DNA of 64,000 nt from Leucoraja erinacea (taxonomy: Eukaryota). The stretch is taken from positions 25,110,001-25,174,000 of the forward strand of contig NC_073390.1 of assembly GCF_028641065.1 (NCBI RefSeq), in the 5' to 3' direction. The notes below the pieces were generated by a model. That model saw only the letters and a program-made list of their open reading frames with translations. It was not told where the DNA came from and did not search any database. The position numbers and the translations under genes were made by a program. Positions 45,300 to 56,000 of this stretch are shown here, piece after piece. Every line of letters begins with the position of its first letter. The stretch's first letter is position 1.

Positions 45300-45525
45300 A
45301 CATCGGCCCCCCCCATCTCTCGTTACCCCCCCCCCGTCCCTCTGCCCCCCCCCCCCGTCATCTTCTGGCCCCCCCCCCACGTCCTTCTCCCCCCCCCCCC
45401 CCCGTCAATCGGCCTTCCCCCATCTCTCGCCCCCCCCCCGGTCCCCCCCCCCCCGTCCCTCTGCCCCCCCCCCCCCCCCCTCTGGTCCCCCCCCCCCCCC
45501 CCCCTCTGCCCCCCCCCCCCCCCCC

Positions 45526-45581
<56 letters not shown>

Positions 45582-46497
45582 TGCCCCCCCCCCCCCTCCC
45601 CCCCCCCCTCCCTCTCCCCCCCCCCCCGTCCCTCTGCCCCCCCCCCCCCCTCTGCCCCCCCCGTCCATCGGCCTTCCCCATCTCTCGCCCCCCCCCCGTC
45701 CCCTCCCCCCCCCCGTCCCTCTGCCCCCCCCCGACCTTCTGCCCCCCCGTCCTTCTGCCCCCCCGTCCCTCTGCCCCCCCCCCCCCCCCCCCCCTGCCCC
45801 CCCCGTCCCTGCCCCCCCCGTCCTTCTGCCCCCCCGTCCCTCTGCCCCCCCCCCGACCTTCTGCCCCCCCCGTCCTTCTGCCCCCCCCCGTCCCTCTGCC
45901 CCCCCCGTCCCTCTGCCCCCCCCGTCCCTCTGCCCCCCCCGACCTTCTGCCCCCCCCCCTCGTCCCTCTGCCCCCCCCCCCCTCCCTCTGCCCCCCCCCC
46001 GTCCCTCTGCCCCCCCCCCCCTCTGCCCCCCCCGTCCCTCCCCCCCCGTCCCTCTGCCCCCCCCCGTCCCTCTGCCCCCCCCCCCCCCCTCTGTCCCCCC
46101 CCCCCCGTCCCTCTGCCCCCCCCCCGTCCATCGGCCTTCCCCCATCTCTCGCCCCCCCGTCCCTCTGCCCCCCCCCCGTCCCTCTGCCCCCCCCGACCTT
46201 CTGCCCCCCCCCGTCCCTCTGCCCCCCCCGTCCCTCTGCCCCCCCGTCCCTCTGCCCCCCCCGTCCCTCTGCCCCCCCCCGACCTTCTGCCCCCCCCCCC
46301 CGTCCCTCTGCCCCCCCCCCCCCGACCTTCTGCCCCCCCCGTCCCTCTGCCCCCCCCCGTCCCTCTGCCCCCCCCCCGTCCATCGCTCCCCCCCCCCCGT
46401 CCATCGGCCTCCCCCATCTCCGCCCCCCCCCCCCCATCTCCGCCCCCCCCATCCCGCCCCCCCCCCCCCCCCCCCCCCCGTCCACGCCACCCCCTTC
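45300..46497. repeat. ~1.2-kb C-rich satellite (C6-10 GTCCCTCTG / GACCTTCTG units)
   Basis: Directly visible; it generates the spurious Pro-rich and Gly-rich ORFs. Confidence 0.95.
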
Positions 46498-47523
46498 CGA
46501 TGACGGATTGCGTTGTGTTTGTGCGGTTGTGAGCAGCTGCACGTAACTTTCCAGATGTTGCTCATCTCCTCTGGCTTCCCCACTTCCCCGCTGAGTATCC
46601 AGCTTTGTAAACTCATTAATCCTCCCGGTGGGATCGGGAGGGAAGGTCTGGCTTTTCTTTCTCTCCATTTAAACGTTGCCCTCGTTGCAGGGAACCAGCG
46701 GTGCCGGTGGGTATGTTTGCCTGTCCCCGCTCCCTGATCCTCACCCACCCGTCCCGGCAGGCCCTTCCACCCACCGACTCCGCGCCCACCAACGGCCACA
46801 CTCGTTCGCACGACACGCTAATGACAATTTACAAATTTACCGAAGCCAATTAACCAGCAAGTCAGGGAGGAAACCGGAGCACCCAGAGAAATCCCACGCG
46901 GTCACAGGGAGATAGCAACTCTACCCCAGTGTTCGATGTGAGCGGGTGTCCAGAGGTGTGGACCAGGAAATTATGACAATGAAGGGGGGCTTGTGTCCCA
47001 AGTGTCTGTCCCTCCTCCCCGCTTCCTGCCCCCTTGTAACCCACACCCTCCCTCACGTCCCCTTGTTTCATGTTCCCGGGGTTCAGCAACGTTAAACGGT
47101 GTCTTCCTCTCCACGTATTTGCCGGAGCAGGAGGGACCTGGGGTCGCTGTGGAGGGACCAGAGTCTCCAGGGGTGACACAAGGAAGGACACAAAGTCGTT
47201 CATTTCCATCTAGTTTTGAACAGAGTTGTATCTTGGCTGGTTGCCTCGCACCAGAAGCATCTGCATTCCTCTGAAATTGTGCAACGCGTTTAGAATTCTG
47301 TAATCGATCATCATCCACAACTTGGAGCAAACTATTTGGCATTCCACGATCTGGGAAGAGCTGCTTCCAATCCCCAGATCTGCTGCTCCCTGTGAGGTCA
47401 CATCTTCTCTCCCAGCCGTTGCCAAGAAACCGGATTTGAAGTTTTCCCCTTAGCTTCCGAGTGTAAATCTCTCGCTGGGTAACAGTTGGGAAACAGCTTT
47501 CGTGGAAAAACACACGCTGGCGT

Positions 47524-47575
47524 TTCCCGGAAGTTCAGGCCGTCGGTTCAGCTCCACGCAGGTTGCTATGGTTAC
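47524..47575. promoter_or_regulatory. Motif cluster: STAT GAS, ETS and RFX X-box
   Basis: TTCCCGGAA (47524-47532) overlaps CCGGAAGT; minus-strand GTAACCATAGCAAC (47562-47575) is a consensus X-box. Motif matches only. Confidence 0.4.
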
Positions 47576-47837
47576 CTCTCTCCCTCTGCATTTCTCATTC
47601 AGCTACCCAAGAAAAACCGTTCACTTGTCTTCAGTTCCCTGACTGATTTAACAGTGCAGCCCAGGCACAGGCCCTTTGGCCCACCATGTCAAGTTATCCT
47701 GGCTTGTGCCTACAAGTGGTGTATACCTGTCTATCCATGGTTACTCCTGTCTACTCAAAAGACTATTAAATACCACTATTGTATCTGCGTCCACCACAAC
47801 CTCCAGCAGTGTGTTCCAGGCACTCACCACCCTCTGT

Positions 47838-48342
47838 GTACAGTGTACAATACACATAGAGCTCGAACCACGGCCCAGGGCCCGGAGCGCGGCTGGACAC
47901 ATACACGGACACACACACGGACTGGGTCCGGAGCCGCACTCTTCCCTCCCTCTCCGCTCCAGACCAGAGTATTGCGTTGCGGGAACGAGGCCCAACGGGT
48001 CCCACATGGGGTAGGGAGGGGAGGGGGGTTACTGACAATGTTAACACAAACAGGACTCACGGTCCAATGAGAGATTTGTAACATTGTTGTAAGGAGAGGG
48101 AGGGAGTTGGGGGGGGGGGGGGGGGGGGGGGGGGGAGGAGGGGTGGTGGGGGAAGATGGGGCGTGAAGAGGAGGGGGAAGGAGCGCTGGGGGATGAGGGG
48201 AAATGAGCTGTGCCTGCGCAGTTGGGGGCTATGGGTGAGTGGTGGAATATTTCGTTGGGGGAACGGGTTGCATTGGGGAATGGGTGAGTGATGGAATATT
48301 GCGTTGGGGGAACGGGGGCCAACGGTTCCCACTTGGTCTAGT
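47838..48342 (-). mobile_element. Non-coding insertion with ACTAG terminus and repeated GGGACCCGTTGGG(C/T)CC stem-loop (possibly Helentron/DINE-like)
   Basis: Splits a CR1 tail; internal repeats at 47970-48010 vs 48297-48337 and a 49-bp tandem (48231/48280). Class assignment is tentative. Confidence 0.4.
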
Positions 48343-48368
48343 ATCCATTAAACTTTACCCCGAAGATA

Positions 48369-49954
48369 CAGTGGCTTGCAAAAGGGTTCATACCCCTTTT
48401 CCACATTTTGTCACGTTACAACCACAGACGTAAATGTATTTTATTGACCAACACAAAGTGGTGCATAATTGTGAAGTGGAAGGAAAATGATACATGGTTT
48501 TCAATTTTTTTTACAAATAAAAAACTGAAAAGTGTGGCGTGCAAAGTATTCAGCCCCCCTGAGTCAATACTTTGTAGAACCACCTTTCGCTGCAATTACA
48601 GCTGCAAGTCTTTTGGGGTATGTCTCTATCAGCTTTGCACATCTAGAGACTGAAATATTTGCCCATTCTTCTTTGCAAAATAGCTCAAGCTCAGTCAGAT
48701 TGGATGGAGAGCATCTGTGAACAGCAATTTTCAAGTCTTGTCAGAGATTCTCAATTGGATTTAGGTCTGGACTTTGACTGGGCCATTCTAACACATCAAT
48801 ATGCTTTGATCTAAACCATTCCATTGTAGCTCTGGCTGTATGTTTAGGGTCGTTGTCCTGCTGGAAGGTGAACCTCCGCCCCAGTCTCAAGTCTTTTGCA
48901 GACTCTAACAGGTTTTCTTCCAAGATTGCCCTGTATTTGGCTCCATCCATCTTCCCATCAACTCTGACCAGCTTCCCTGTACCTGCTGAAGAAAAGCATC
49001 CCCACAGCATGATGCTGCCACCACCATGTTTCACAGTGGGGGTGGTGTGTTCAGGGCGATGTGCAGTGTTAGTTTTCCGCCACACATAGCGTTTTGCATT
49101 TAGGCCAAAAACTTTAATTTTGGTCTCATCTGACCAGAGCACCTTCCTCCACATGTTTGCTGTGTCCCCCACATGGCTTGTGGCAAACTGCAAAATGGGA
49201 CTTCTTATGGCTTTTTTTCAACAATGGCTTTCTTCTTGCCACTCTTCCATAAAGGCCCGATTTGTGGAGTGCACGACTAATAGTTGTCCTGTGGACAGAT
49301 TCTCCCACCTGAGCTGTGGATCTCTGCAGCTCCTCCAGAGTTACCTTGGCTGCTTCTCTGATCAATGCTCTCCTTGCCCGGCCTGTCAGTTTAGGTGGAC
49401 GGCCATTTCTTGGTAGGTTTGCAGTTGTGCCATACTCTTTCCATTTTCAGATGATGGATTGAACAGTGCTCCGTGAGATGTTCAAACCTTGGGATATTTT
49501 TTTATAACCTAACCCTGCTTTAAACTTCTCCACAACTTTATCCCTGACCTGTCTGGTGTGTTCCTTGGGCTTCATGATGCTGTTTGTTCACTAATGTTCT
49601 CTAACAAACCTCCGAGGCCTTCACGGAACAGCTGTATATATACTGAGGTTAGATTACACACAAGTGGACTCTATTTGCTAATTAGGTGACTTCTGAAGGC
49701 AATTGGTTGCACTGAATTTTATTTAGGGGTATCAGAGTAAAGGGGGCTGAATACTTTTGCATGCCACACTTTTCAGTTTTTTATTTGTAAAAAAATTTGA
49801 AAACCATGTATCATTTTCCTTCCACTTCACAATTATGCGCCACTTTGTGTTGGTCTATCACATAAAATCCCAATAAAATACATTTATGTTTGTGGTTGTA
49901 ACGTGACAAAATGTGGAAAAGTTCAAGGGGTATGAATACTTTTGCAAGCCACTG
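48369..49954 (-). mobile_element. Passport-like Tc1 transposon (DD34E), full length, decayed transposase 48564-49575
   Basis: TA TSD on both sides; ~200-bp IR/DR TIRs CAGTGGCTTGCAAAAG. Protein MKPKEHTRQVRDKVVEKFKAGLGYKKIS...WSDETK...QQDNDPKH..DLNPIE (D34E)...AAKGGSTKY*, with two stops, one frameshift and a small deletion. Confidence 0.95.
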
Positions 49955-52900
49955 TAAGAATATAATGCTGGAGTAACTCAGCGAGGCGGGCAGCATCTCT
50001 GGAGAGGAGGAATTGTGATATTTCGGGTTGAGATCCTTCTTCAGACTTTACTTTGCATGAGAGGGGTAAAGTTGAATGGAAATGTCAAATCCAAGAAGGC
50101 AGAGAAAGCTATGTTCTCTGGTGTTTGACATTTCCACCCTGGGGAGTAAACTTCTGACTATCTACCCTAAGTGTGCCTCTCATAATTCTAAATACTTCCA
50201 CCAGCTCCCTCTCAGCCTCCAATACTATAAATATGTAGAGAAAACATCCCAAGTCTATCCAAACGTTCCTTCTAACTAACGCACCGCAATGCAGGCAGTA
50301 TTCTGGTAAACCTTCCTCGCCCTCTCTGACACTAACCTTACTGAGAGCTCCTTTCTGCCTTCTGACGGTATTTGCTAAATTCTTTGCTGAAAATCCAAAT
50401 ATTTGTAAAGGATGAAGCTGTTTGTGTCACATTTCTATAAATAGCTTGTGAACATGTTTATAGTACAAGTCCGAGTATTTTGGGGGAAGGTTATGAGACT
50501 TCAGCTGTCTGCTAACGTGGAGTAATTGCTAGCTCGGGAGTTGTGGCAAACTGCCTTTCCGCTGTTGACAGGGACAAGCACGAGAAGTGGGAGGGTCAAA
50601 GGGAGGGAGACGTGGCATATATCAAAGGAACAAAGTGCTGGAATAACCCAGCGGGTCAGGCAGCATCTGTGGAGGGAATGGGTAGACGACGTTTCCGGCC
50701 CGGACCCTTCTCCAGTCTGAAACATTGGCTGTCCATGGATCCTGAATTTGCAGGGATGTTGCGGGGTGGGACTGGCTAGATTAGTTGATGTGGAGCCAGT
50801 ATAACACTGATGGGCTGAATGGCCTGTCCCTGGATTACTTGCTGATGCTATTGGCCTGTCTTACCCATTTCCCTGTGATTTGAGATCAAGGTTGGTTAGT
50901 TTGTTGGTTGGTTATTCCTAACCTTATCCACTTCTCCGTCCCACGCCCGTAGTTTGTGTGCTATCCAGTCAAAGGATAGACTATACATGAATATGATGAA
51001 GCCGCCCACAGTGCACAGATACATTACAAACGGTACGACATTTAGTGCACAGATATCACATTGCAGTCCAATAAAGTCTGATTAAAGATAGTTAAAAGGT
51101 CTCCAACGAGACAGATAGGAGGTCAGGACCATTCTCTACCATTGCATCTAATATGGAAGTATCTAAACATCTAAACGCAGCGTGAAGTTTAATAGTCGAG
51201 GTGTTGAGAATGTTGACCCCGCACGATCTCAGGAGCTCTGGCGTAGGAGGCAGCTGCCGGCCTTTGGTGGCTACCCAGTCCATCATTGACTGACGCCTCT
51301 CCTGTGCGGAGCCTGGAACCAGTTAGTCATTGGGGTTTGCACGCCTAATGAGTTAGTTCACCCCTCCTCCCTATCTCCAACAGTGGTACATTATCCACAC
51401 ATCCTGCCCAAACACTTGCAGCGTGTTTCCTACGCCTCGCCCAGTCTGAGCAAAACCACAGCCCAGTGTTACTGGCACGGTGTCAGCCACAGAGACAGAG
51501 ACAGAACCAGCCCCGTCCCACCACGTGACCCTGTCCTCGCCTCCTTCCCGTGCTCCTCGCTCCCACTCTCACAGACTCGCTACATGTGGCACAGCTCAAT
51601 CACTGGGCACCTCTCACTCCCCAACCCATTTCCCACCATCACTATCTATACCTGGGCACTTCAAGTACTTGTCTGGAAACATCCTGGTCACTGTCACTGT
51701 CTCTCCCCCTACTCTCCCCCTGCACTGAGCCCCAGGGAATAGTCAGTCTCCCCGTCCCCCCCCCCCCCCACCCAATCTCCCCTTGCCCTGTATCCATGTC
51801 CTCTAGTTTTACCTACTTCTGATATGTTTTATATAAAAACAAGGTGAGAGGGGAAGGATTTAATAGGAATCTGAGGGGCATTTTATTTTGCACGGAGTAT
51901 TAGGAATATGGAATGAGCTGCCAGAGGAAATCGTTGAGGCAGGTGCTATTGCAACTAAAATAAAATATTTGGACAGGTACATGGATAGGGAAGGTTTAGA
52001 GGGATGTGGGTCAAACACAAGCAGATGGGATGTGTAGATGGGGCATCTTGGTCGGCATGGGCAAGTTGTCCTCCCCGCCCCTGCCTCTGCCTCCTGAGGT
52101 AGATACTGGGTCCCACATGGATCCCCTCCCGTGTTCCCTCCCGTGTTCCCTCCCCCCCCCCCCCCGTGTCCCCCCACACGGAGCCCCCCAGTCCCAGATA
52201 CGGAGCCCCTCCCACTCTCCCCCTGAGCCCACGGACACTCGAGTGGCCCCGTGTGGGGCTGCTGGCATGGTTGGGAGGGAGATCTCACTAGAGTAAATTC
52301 ATGAGGCAGGTACGACAGATGCATTTAAAATATGTGCAAACCACACACAGACACTCCTGCAGCGTGCCCCCACCCCCTCCCGCAGTACCAATGCAGGGAT
52401 ACAGACATCAGCAGAAGCGCATCTCCCCACAACATTGCTGCTGTGACAGCTCTGTTACTGAGGGAAGGCCGTTCGGCCCGTCGTCAGTGCTGGCCCCTCT
52501 CCAACCCGACACTCCCTCCTCTCCTGGACATTTGCATTATCTGTACAGCGCTTGCCCCTTCTGCCCACCGTCGTTTGACCCCTGAAGACCTTGCATAACC
52601 CCCCCCCCCCCCCCCGCATCATTCCATGAACTCATCTCCAAGCCTTGCTCATAGTAAACAGTTTCTCTCTGTTTATATTAGCAAAACCGCCCCGACTCAA
52701 CAGCTTCACTCTGCCTTCCATTAATCTTCTCAACTTAAATATTAACAAATCCAGCCTCTCCAATGGCCAAAACACTTCTCCCCTGACCACAGTCGTACGG
52801 CACGGAAACAGGCCCTTCGGCCCAACTCATCCATGGCGACCAAGGTGCCCCATCTACACCAGTCCCACCTGCCCACACGTGGCCCATAATATATAGTACC

Positions 52901-53559
52901 TGCCTCAACTACCTCCGCTGGCAGCTGGTCTATATATCCACAACCCTCTGTGTGGAAAAAGTTGCCCCATAATTTCAATAGACAATGGACAAAAGGTGCA
53001 GGAGTAGGCCATTCGGCCCTTCGAGCCAGCACCACCATTCAATGTGATCATGGCTAATCATCCCCAATCAGTACCCCGTTCTCCTCACATCCCCTGACTC
53101 CGCTATTTTCAAGAGCCCTATCTAGCTCTCTCTTGAAAGCATCCAGCGAACCTGCCTCCACCGCCCTCTGAGGCAGAGAATTCCAGACTCACAACTCTAT
53201 GTGAGAAAAAGTGTTTCCTCGTCTCCGTTCTAAATGGCCTACCCCTTATTCTTATTTCCTATTAAACACTTCCCCTCTCATTTCAACCTATGTCCTCTAT
53301 ATCTACGCCTCTCCTGATTTTATATACCTCTATCAGGTTTCCCCTCAACGTCCAGAGCTCCAGTGAAAACAGTCCAAGTCTGTCCCACCTCCACTGATGC
53401 CCCTATGGGCGGTCTGAAGGAGGGGGCTCGGATGTAAATCTCCCCACCCCCTGTTGTTAGTGGCGACTCTGCGTCCAGGGTTAGCGTGAGAGGCAGGTCT
53501 GGAGCCCAAAGATCCTCTGCTGTACGATCTTTGCTGGAGCCGGTGTCTGTGCGGGGTGG

Positions 53560-54250
53560 GGATTGCTTTACACGATGATGGAACCGGGACGTGGGGGGAC
53601 GGACGGACACTGGGACTAGAGTGCGGGGTCTGTAGCCGGGGACTGGGGGTGGGGGTGTGTTGATGCTCTACACGGGGGGGGGGGGGGGGGGGCAGAGGCT
53701 CTGAGACTAGGACCAAGGTGAGCGGCGGGGTTTCAGGAGCCGGGATCTGTGAGGGGTGGGATGCTATGCACGGTGGTGAGACGTGGGGGGGGGGGGGGCG
53801 GTGCTGACTCTGGGACTGGGCTCGGGCTGCACACTCTGGTATTTCCTGCACTGGGCCGGCGCCCGGGCTGCTGACGGCTTCAGCAGCTGAGTGGCCCCGG
53901 GAGAGGCGGTGTGGGTTACACCACTCCCCGGCGCAGTGTAACTGGGCTCCCCCTCTCCCCGCCCCTCCCCCCCCCCCCTTCTGATCCCCACACGACTGGG
54001 GCTTCATTTCCCCCCGACTGGGGCTTCATTGGACCCCCCCCCCCCCTCCGACTCACACACAGACAGCACTCCTCCCCCTGACCCGTGCGTGCGGCGGGCA
54101 GCAGTCGGTGTGTGGTTGCAGCCCCCCCGCCCCACGAAGAGAACTGTCCGCTGAATCTCTGCTGTACAGGAATTGTGCGAGGATGAGGAATGCTCCCAGC
54201 TTCCGATCCTGGCAACGCGCTCCGGCACCACAGTCACACACTGACTGTTG
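53560..54250. promoter_or_regulatory. CpG-rich island inside P3H2 intron 1
   Basis: Non-repetitive GC/CpG-rich sequence; minus-strand GTGAGT donor consensus at 54051-54056. Confidence 0.35.
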
Positions 54251-55300
54251 ATGGGGTTAGCAGCTGTGGTGGCTCCAGTGACAGAGAGGGGGGGAGCCAG
54301 AAAGAGAGACAGAGGGGGCAATACAAAGGAGTAGAGTCAGAGACAGAGAGAGGCGGAGAGGCAGAGACAGAGAGGGAGAGAGAGAGACAGCTAATAACGT
54401 TTTTAAATTGAAAAAAAAAAAGAATAGTAAGATAGATAGAAACAATGAGAGAGACACTCACTCATTTCCACACACACACACACATGTCCTTGTGCTGGGC
54501 TTGCTCCCAACACCACAGGTTGCCAGACTCCAGATTAACCAGTCAAATCCAATCAAATTGTCTGAATATGAGGTTCCATGGAAACAGATGAGCTTGTATG
54601 TAAAACGATGAGCGGCACATATAGATACACAGTCAGTTTTTCATTTCCCACTGTGGAGAAATCAAAGACCAGAGGGCACAGCTTCAAGGTGAGAGGGGTA
54701 AAGTTTAAAGGAGATGTGCGGGGCAGGTTTTTTACAGAGGGTGGTGAGTGCTTGGAACATGATGCCAGGAGTGGTGGTGGAGGCAGATATACTAGAGGTG
54801 CGTAAGAGGCTTTTGTATAGGCACATGGATATGCTGGGATGGTGGGATATGGATTACCTGCGGGCAGGATTATGTTGGTTTGGAGATCACCTGGATAGGG
54901 TGCCGCTCCAGGAGACTGGAGTTTGAAAATGCACTATAACCTGTCGATGCTTGCATGTGGTCTCAGTGGACTATTCCCATGTAGTTTGTACTAATTGGGG
55001 ATTGGGCTTAGGTATGGCAATATTTTACTTAACTGTATGCATTGGAAGAAATTTCATTGTACGTCTGTACATGTGATAATAAAGAACCATTAGTCGGCAA
55101 CATGTTTGGCATCGACAGTGTGGGCCGAAGGGCCTGTTCCTCGTGTTGGATTGTTCTATGGTTTTAATCTGTGCTTTTATTCACTGGCCTTTACTGTAAG
55201 TGTTATTGACCTGTGTGCCATCACCAGGCCAGCTCTGCACATGTAAACAAACGTGTTGTAGTTACGGCCAGGCCACACTGCTCCCTGATCAGTAACGTGC

Positions 55301-55472
55301 NNNNNNNNNNNNNNNNNNNNNNNNNNNNNNNNNNNNNNNNNNNNNNNNNNNNNNNNNNNNNNNNNNNNNNNNNNNNNNNNNNNNNNNNNNNNNNNNNNNN
55401 NNNNNNNNNNNNNNNNNNNNNNNNNNNNNNNNNNNNNNNNNNNNNNNNNNNNNNNNNNNNNNNNNNNNNNNN
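55301..55472. other. Assembly gap (N run)
   Basis: 172 consecutive N. Confidence 1.
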
Positions 55473-55499
55473 CTTCCCACTCACCACTGATCACAAGCC

Positions 55500-56000
55500 C
55501 GGCCATGCTGACTAAAATGCCCTATCTAAGCTAATCCCTTTTGCCCGCATTTAGCCCATATCCCTCGAAACTTTTCGTATCCATGTACCTCTCCAAGCGT
55601 CTTAAAAATTGCTATGAAACCTGCCTCAACTACCTCCTCTGGCAGCTCGTTCCATATACCTGCCATCCTTTGTATGAAAAAGATACCCCTCAGGTTCCTA
55701 TTAAATCTTGCCCCTCTCACTTTCAATGTATGTCCTCTGGTTCTTGGTTCATCTATTCTGGGTAGAAGACTGTACATTTACCCTATCGATCTCATGATTT
55801 TATACACGGCTATAACATCACCCTTCAGACTCCTGCACTCCAAGGAATAAAGTCCTAGCCTGTCTAACCTCTCCCTGTAGCTCAGGCCCTCACATCCTGA
55901 CAACATCCTTGTAAATCTTCTCTGTGCCCATTCCAGTATAACAACATCCTCCCTATAGCAGGGTGACCATGCCTGACCACAATACCCCAGGTGTGGGCTC
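55500..56000 (-). mobile_element. CR1-like LINE 3' fragment
   Basis: Translates PRTRGHTLKVRGARFNRNLRGIFFIQRMAGIWNELPEEVVEAG. Confidence 0.85.

Noticed and set aside
45227-46811. Four long ORFs (364-468 aa), Pro-rich or Gly-rich
   Set aside because: They are artefacts of the C-rich satellite, which lacks stops in several frames on both strands; no domain or splice context.
53345-54007. 220-aa minus-strand ORF
   Set aside because: GC-rich low-complexity sequence crossing poly-G runs and ending inside a CR1 fragment; no recognisable domain.
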